From Caecitellus pseudoparvulus (taxonomy: Eukaryota; Protista; Bigyra: Bicosoecida): a DNA stretch of 47,481 nucleotides. The notes under the pieces were generated by a model that was given only the letters and a program-made list of their open reading frames with translations, did no database searches and was not told the DNA's origin. The first letter of the stretch is position 1; every line of letters begins with the position of its first letter. Below are positions 46,421 to 47,481 of this stretch, one piece after another. The position numbers and the translations under genes are program-made. The stretch spans positions 1-47,481 of the forward strand of contig CBFFRQ010000010.1 of the NCBI GenBank assembly GCA_965644315.1, read 5' to 3'.

Positions 46421-47481
46421 CTATGAGGAGCTGCCGCCCACACTGCCGCCGCTGGTACTCTTCTTGCGCCGGGCAAAGCTAGGCGAAGCTCGAGCACGCC
46501 CAACTGCTCCTGGAGCTCCCCCTCCAGCCACAGATTCCTCCTCACCACGTGCCGCAGAGTCGACCAGGGACTGGATGGAAGCGGAACGCATCCTCTCCGA
46601 GTCTGCGGTGGCATTCCTCAGCATCAGGCTGGTTCGCCTAGAGGACTTGCGCCGTGTGGTTGCAGCAGATGACCTGGACACCTTGGTCGACTTCACCATG
46701 CTCCTCACCGCCTCCAGACTCGCACCATCTCCCTGATTTGGCTTGGCCAGCACCGTCTTGGACAGACTGCTCAGCTCAACGCCTTCGCCCGTGCCTGCAC
46801 TGGACAGCTTGCTCTTGGACAGCCCCCTGCGTGCTGCAGGCGAACGGAACACAAACGCCAGCCCTGCCGCCAGAGCCTTGGCAAGGGCACTGGTGCCTTG
46901 CAGAGCTGCGCTTGGCACAGCCAACACGAACAGCAGTCCCAACACTGGCACCCAGAAGCCGCAGTTCACGCCTGCCACCACCACGGCGTCAGCCGCTTGC
47001 AGGTCCACCTCAACTGCGCTCAAGTACGGATTGGAGCGCCCTGCCTCGGCGAAGAAGGCACCGCTCCTCCAAGCGTACATGGCAAAGGTGAATCCCGCCT
47101 GCACCATGACCCCGCCTTGCACCAGCACTGACAGGGAATGCAGCAGCATCGACTGTCGGTGCAGGCGTGTGACAGCTGCCAGTCGCAGGCTGTGCCCCGC
47201 TCGCTTGTCCAGCTCGCTGCGCACTGCATGTTGCAACAGCGGCAAGCCCATCCAAGCTGGGGCGTCCCCCGTCATGAGCAGGGGCTGCAGCCACAGGTTG
47301 GCCGCCATGCACACGGCACACACTGCCCCCGCCATGTACGCGCGGTTGATGAGGAAGGGCGAGGCTGCCGCGGCCAGGGCGAGCGCAAAACACTGCCCCA
47401 GCCACACCAGGCTGTACCACCACATGGAAGGGCGGAAAAAGCCCCAGCTCCACCCCAGACTCGTCCACAGCCACGTCGCAG
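46421..47481 (-). CDS. 3' part of a multi-pass membrane protein (truncated by window edge)
   Basis: Frame open to the window end: LGWSWGFFRPSMWWYSLVWL, several hydrophobic helices, S/R-rich tail. Confidence 0.7.
   Translation of the reverse strand, partial: ATWLWTSLGWSWGFFRPSMWWYSLVWLGQCFALALAAAASPFLINRAYMAGAVCAVCMAANLWLQPLLMTGDAPAWMGLPLLQHAVRSELDKRAGHSLRLAAVTRLHRQSMLLHSLSVLVQGGVMVQAGFTFAMYAWRSGAFFAEAGRSNPYLSAVEVDLQAADAVVVAGVNCGFWVPVLGLLFVLAVPSAALQGTSALAKALAAGLAFVFRSPAARRGLSKSKLSSAGTGEGVELSSLSKTVLAKPNQGDGASLEAVRSMVKSTKVSRSSAATTRRKSSRRTSLMLRNATADSERMRSASIQSLVDSAARGEEESVAGGGAPGAVGRARASPSFARRKKSTSGGSVGGSSS

Overview
Left end of a eukaryotic chromosome from a GC-rich protist with short (mostly ~65-80 nt) GT-AG introns; the H3 'FQGSAVLAL...GERS' sequence suggests a stramenopile (inference). 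From the end inward: (1) a 1.76-kb (CCCTAA)n telomere; (2) a 2.9-kb single-ORF element with no recognisable RT. It points 5'-distal, is bounded by a 12-bp direct repeat and ends in a short internal telomere tract, which is the polarity of Athena/terminon or HeT-A terminal retroelements; (3) a giant cadherin-repeat multi-TM gene with a near-perfect 1845-bp tandem duplication, whose stop codon comes from the internal telomeric tract; (4) a ~2.3-kb low-GC, probably decayed region; (5) dense housekeeping genes: TPR protein, S9 peptidase, DGAT2, RAD9, small orphan, ATAD3-like, DDX54/DBP10, dynein LC8-type, MESD-like, hypothetical, alpha/beta hydrolase, MsrA, PKD2-like channel, ARL2, PFDN6, COQ4; (6) an H2B/H2A/H4/H3 quartet; (7) a partial TM gene at the window edge. 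Features missed by the ORF track include a selenocysteine MsrA (S-U-F-W-G) with a non-canonical ACGA-core SECIS and a CaaX box, variant histone 3' stem-loops on all four histones, and a recurrent AATGCA motif after stop codons. All calls were made by eye; no database searches were run.
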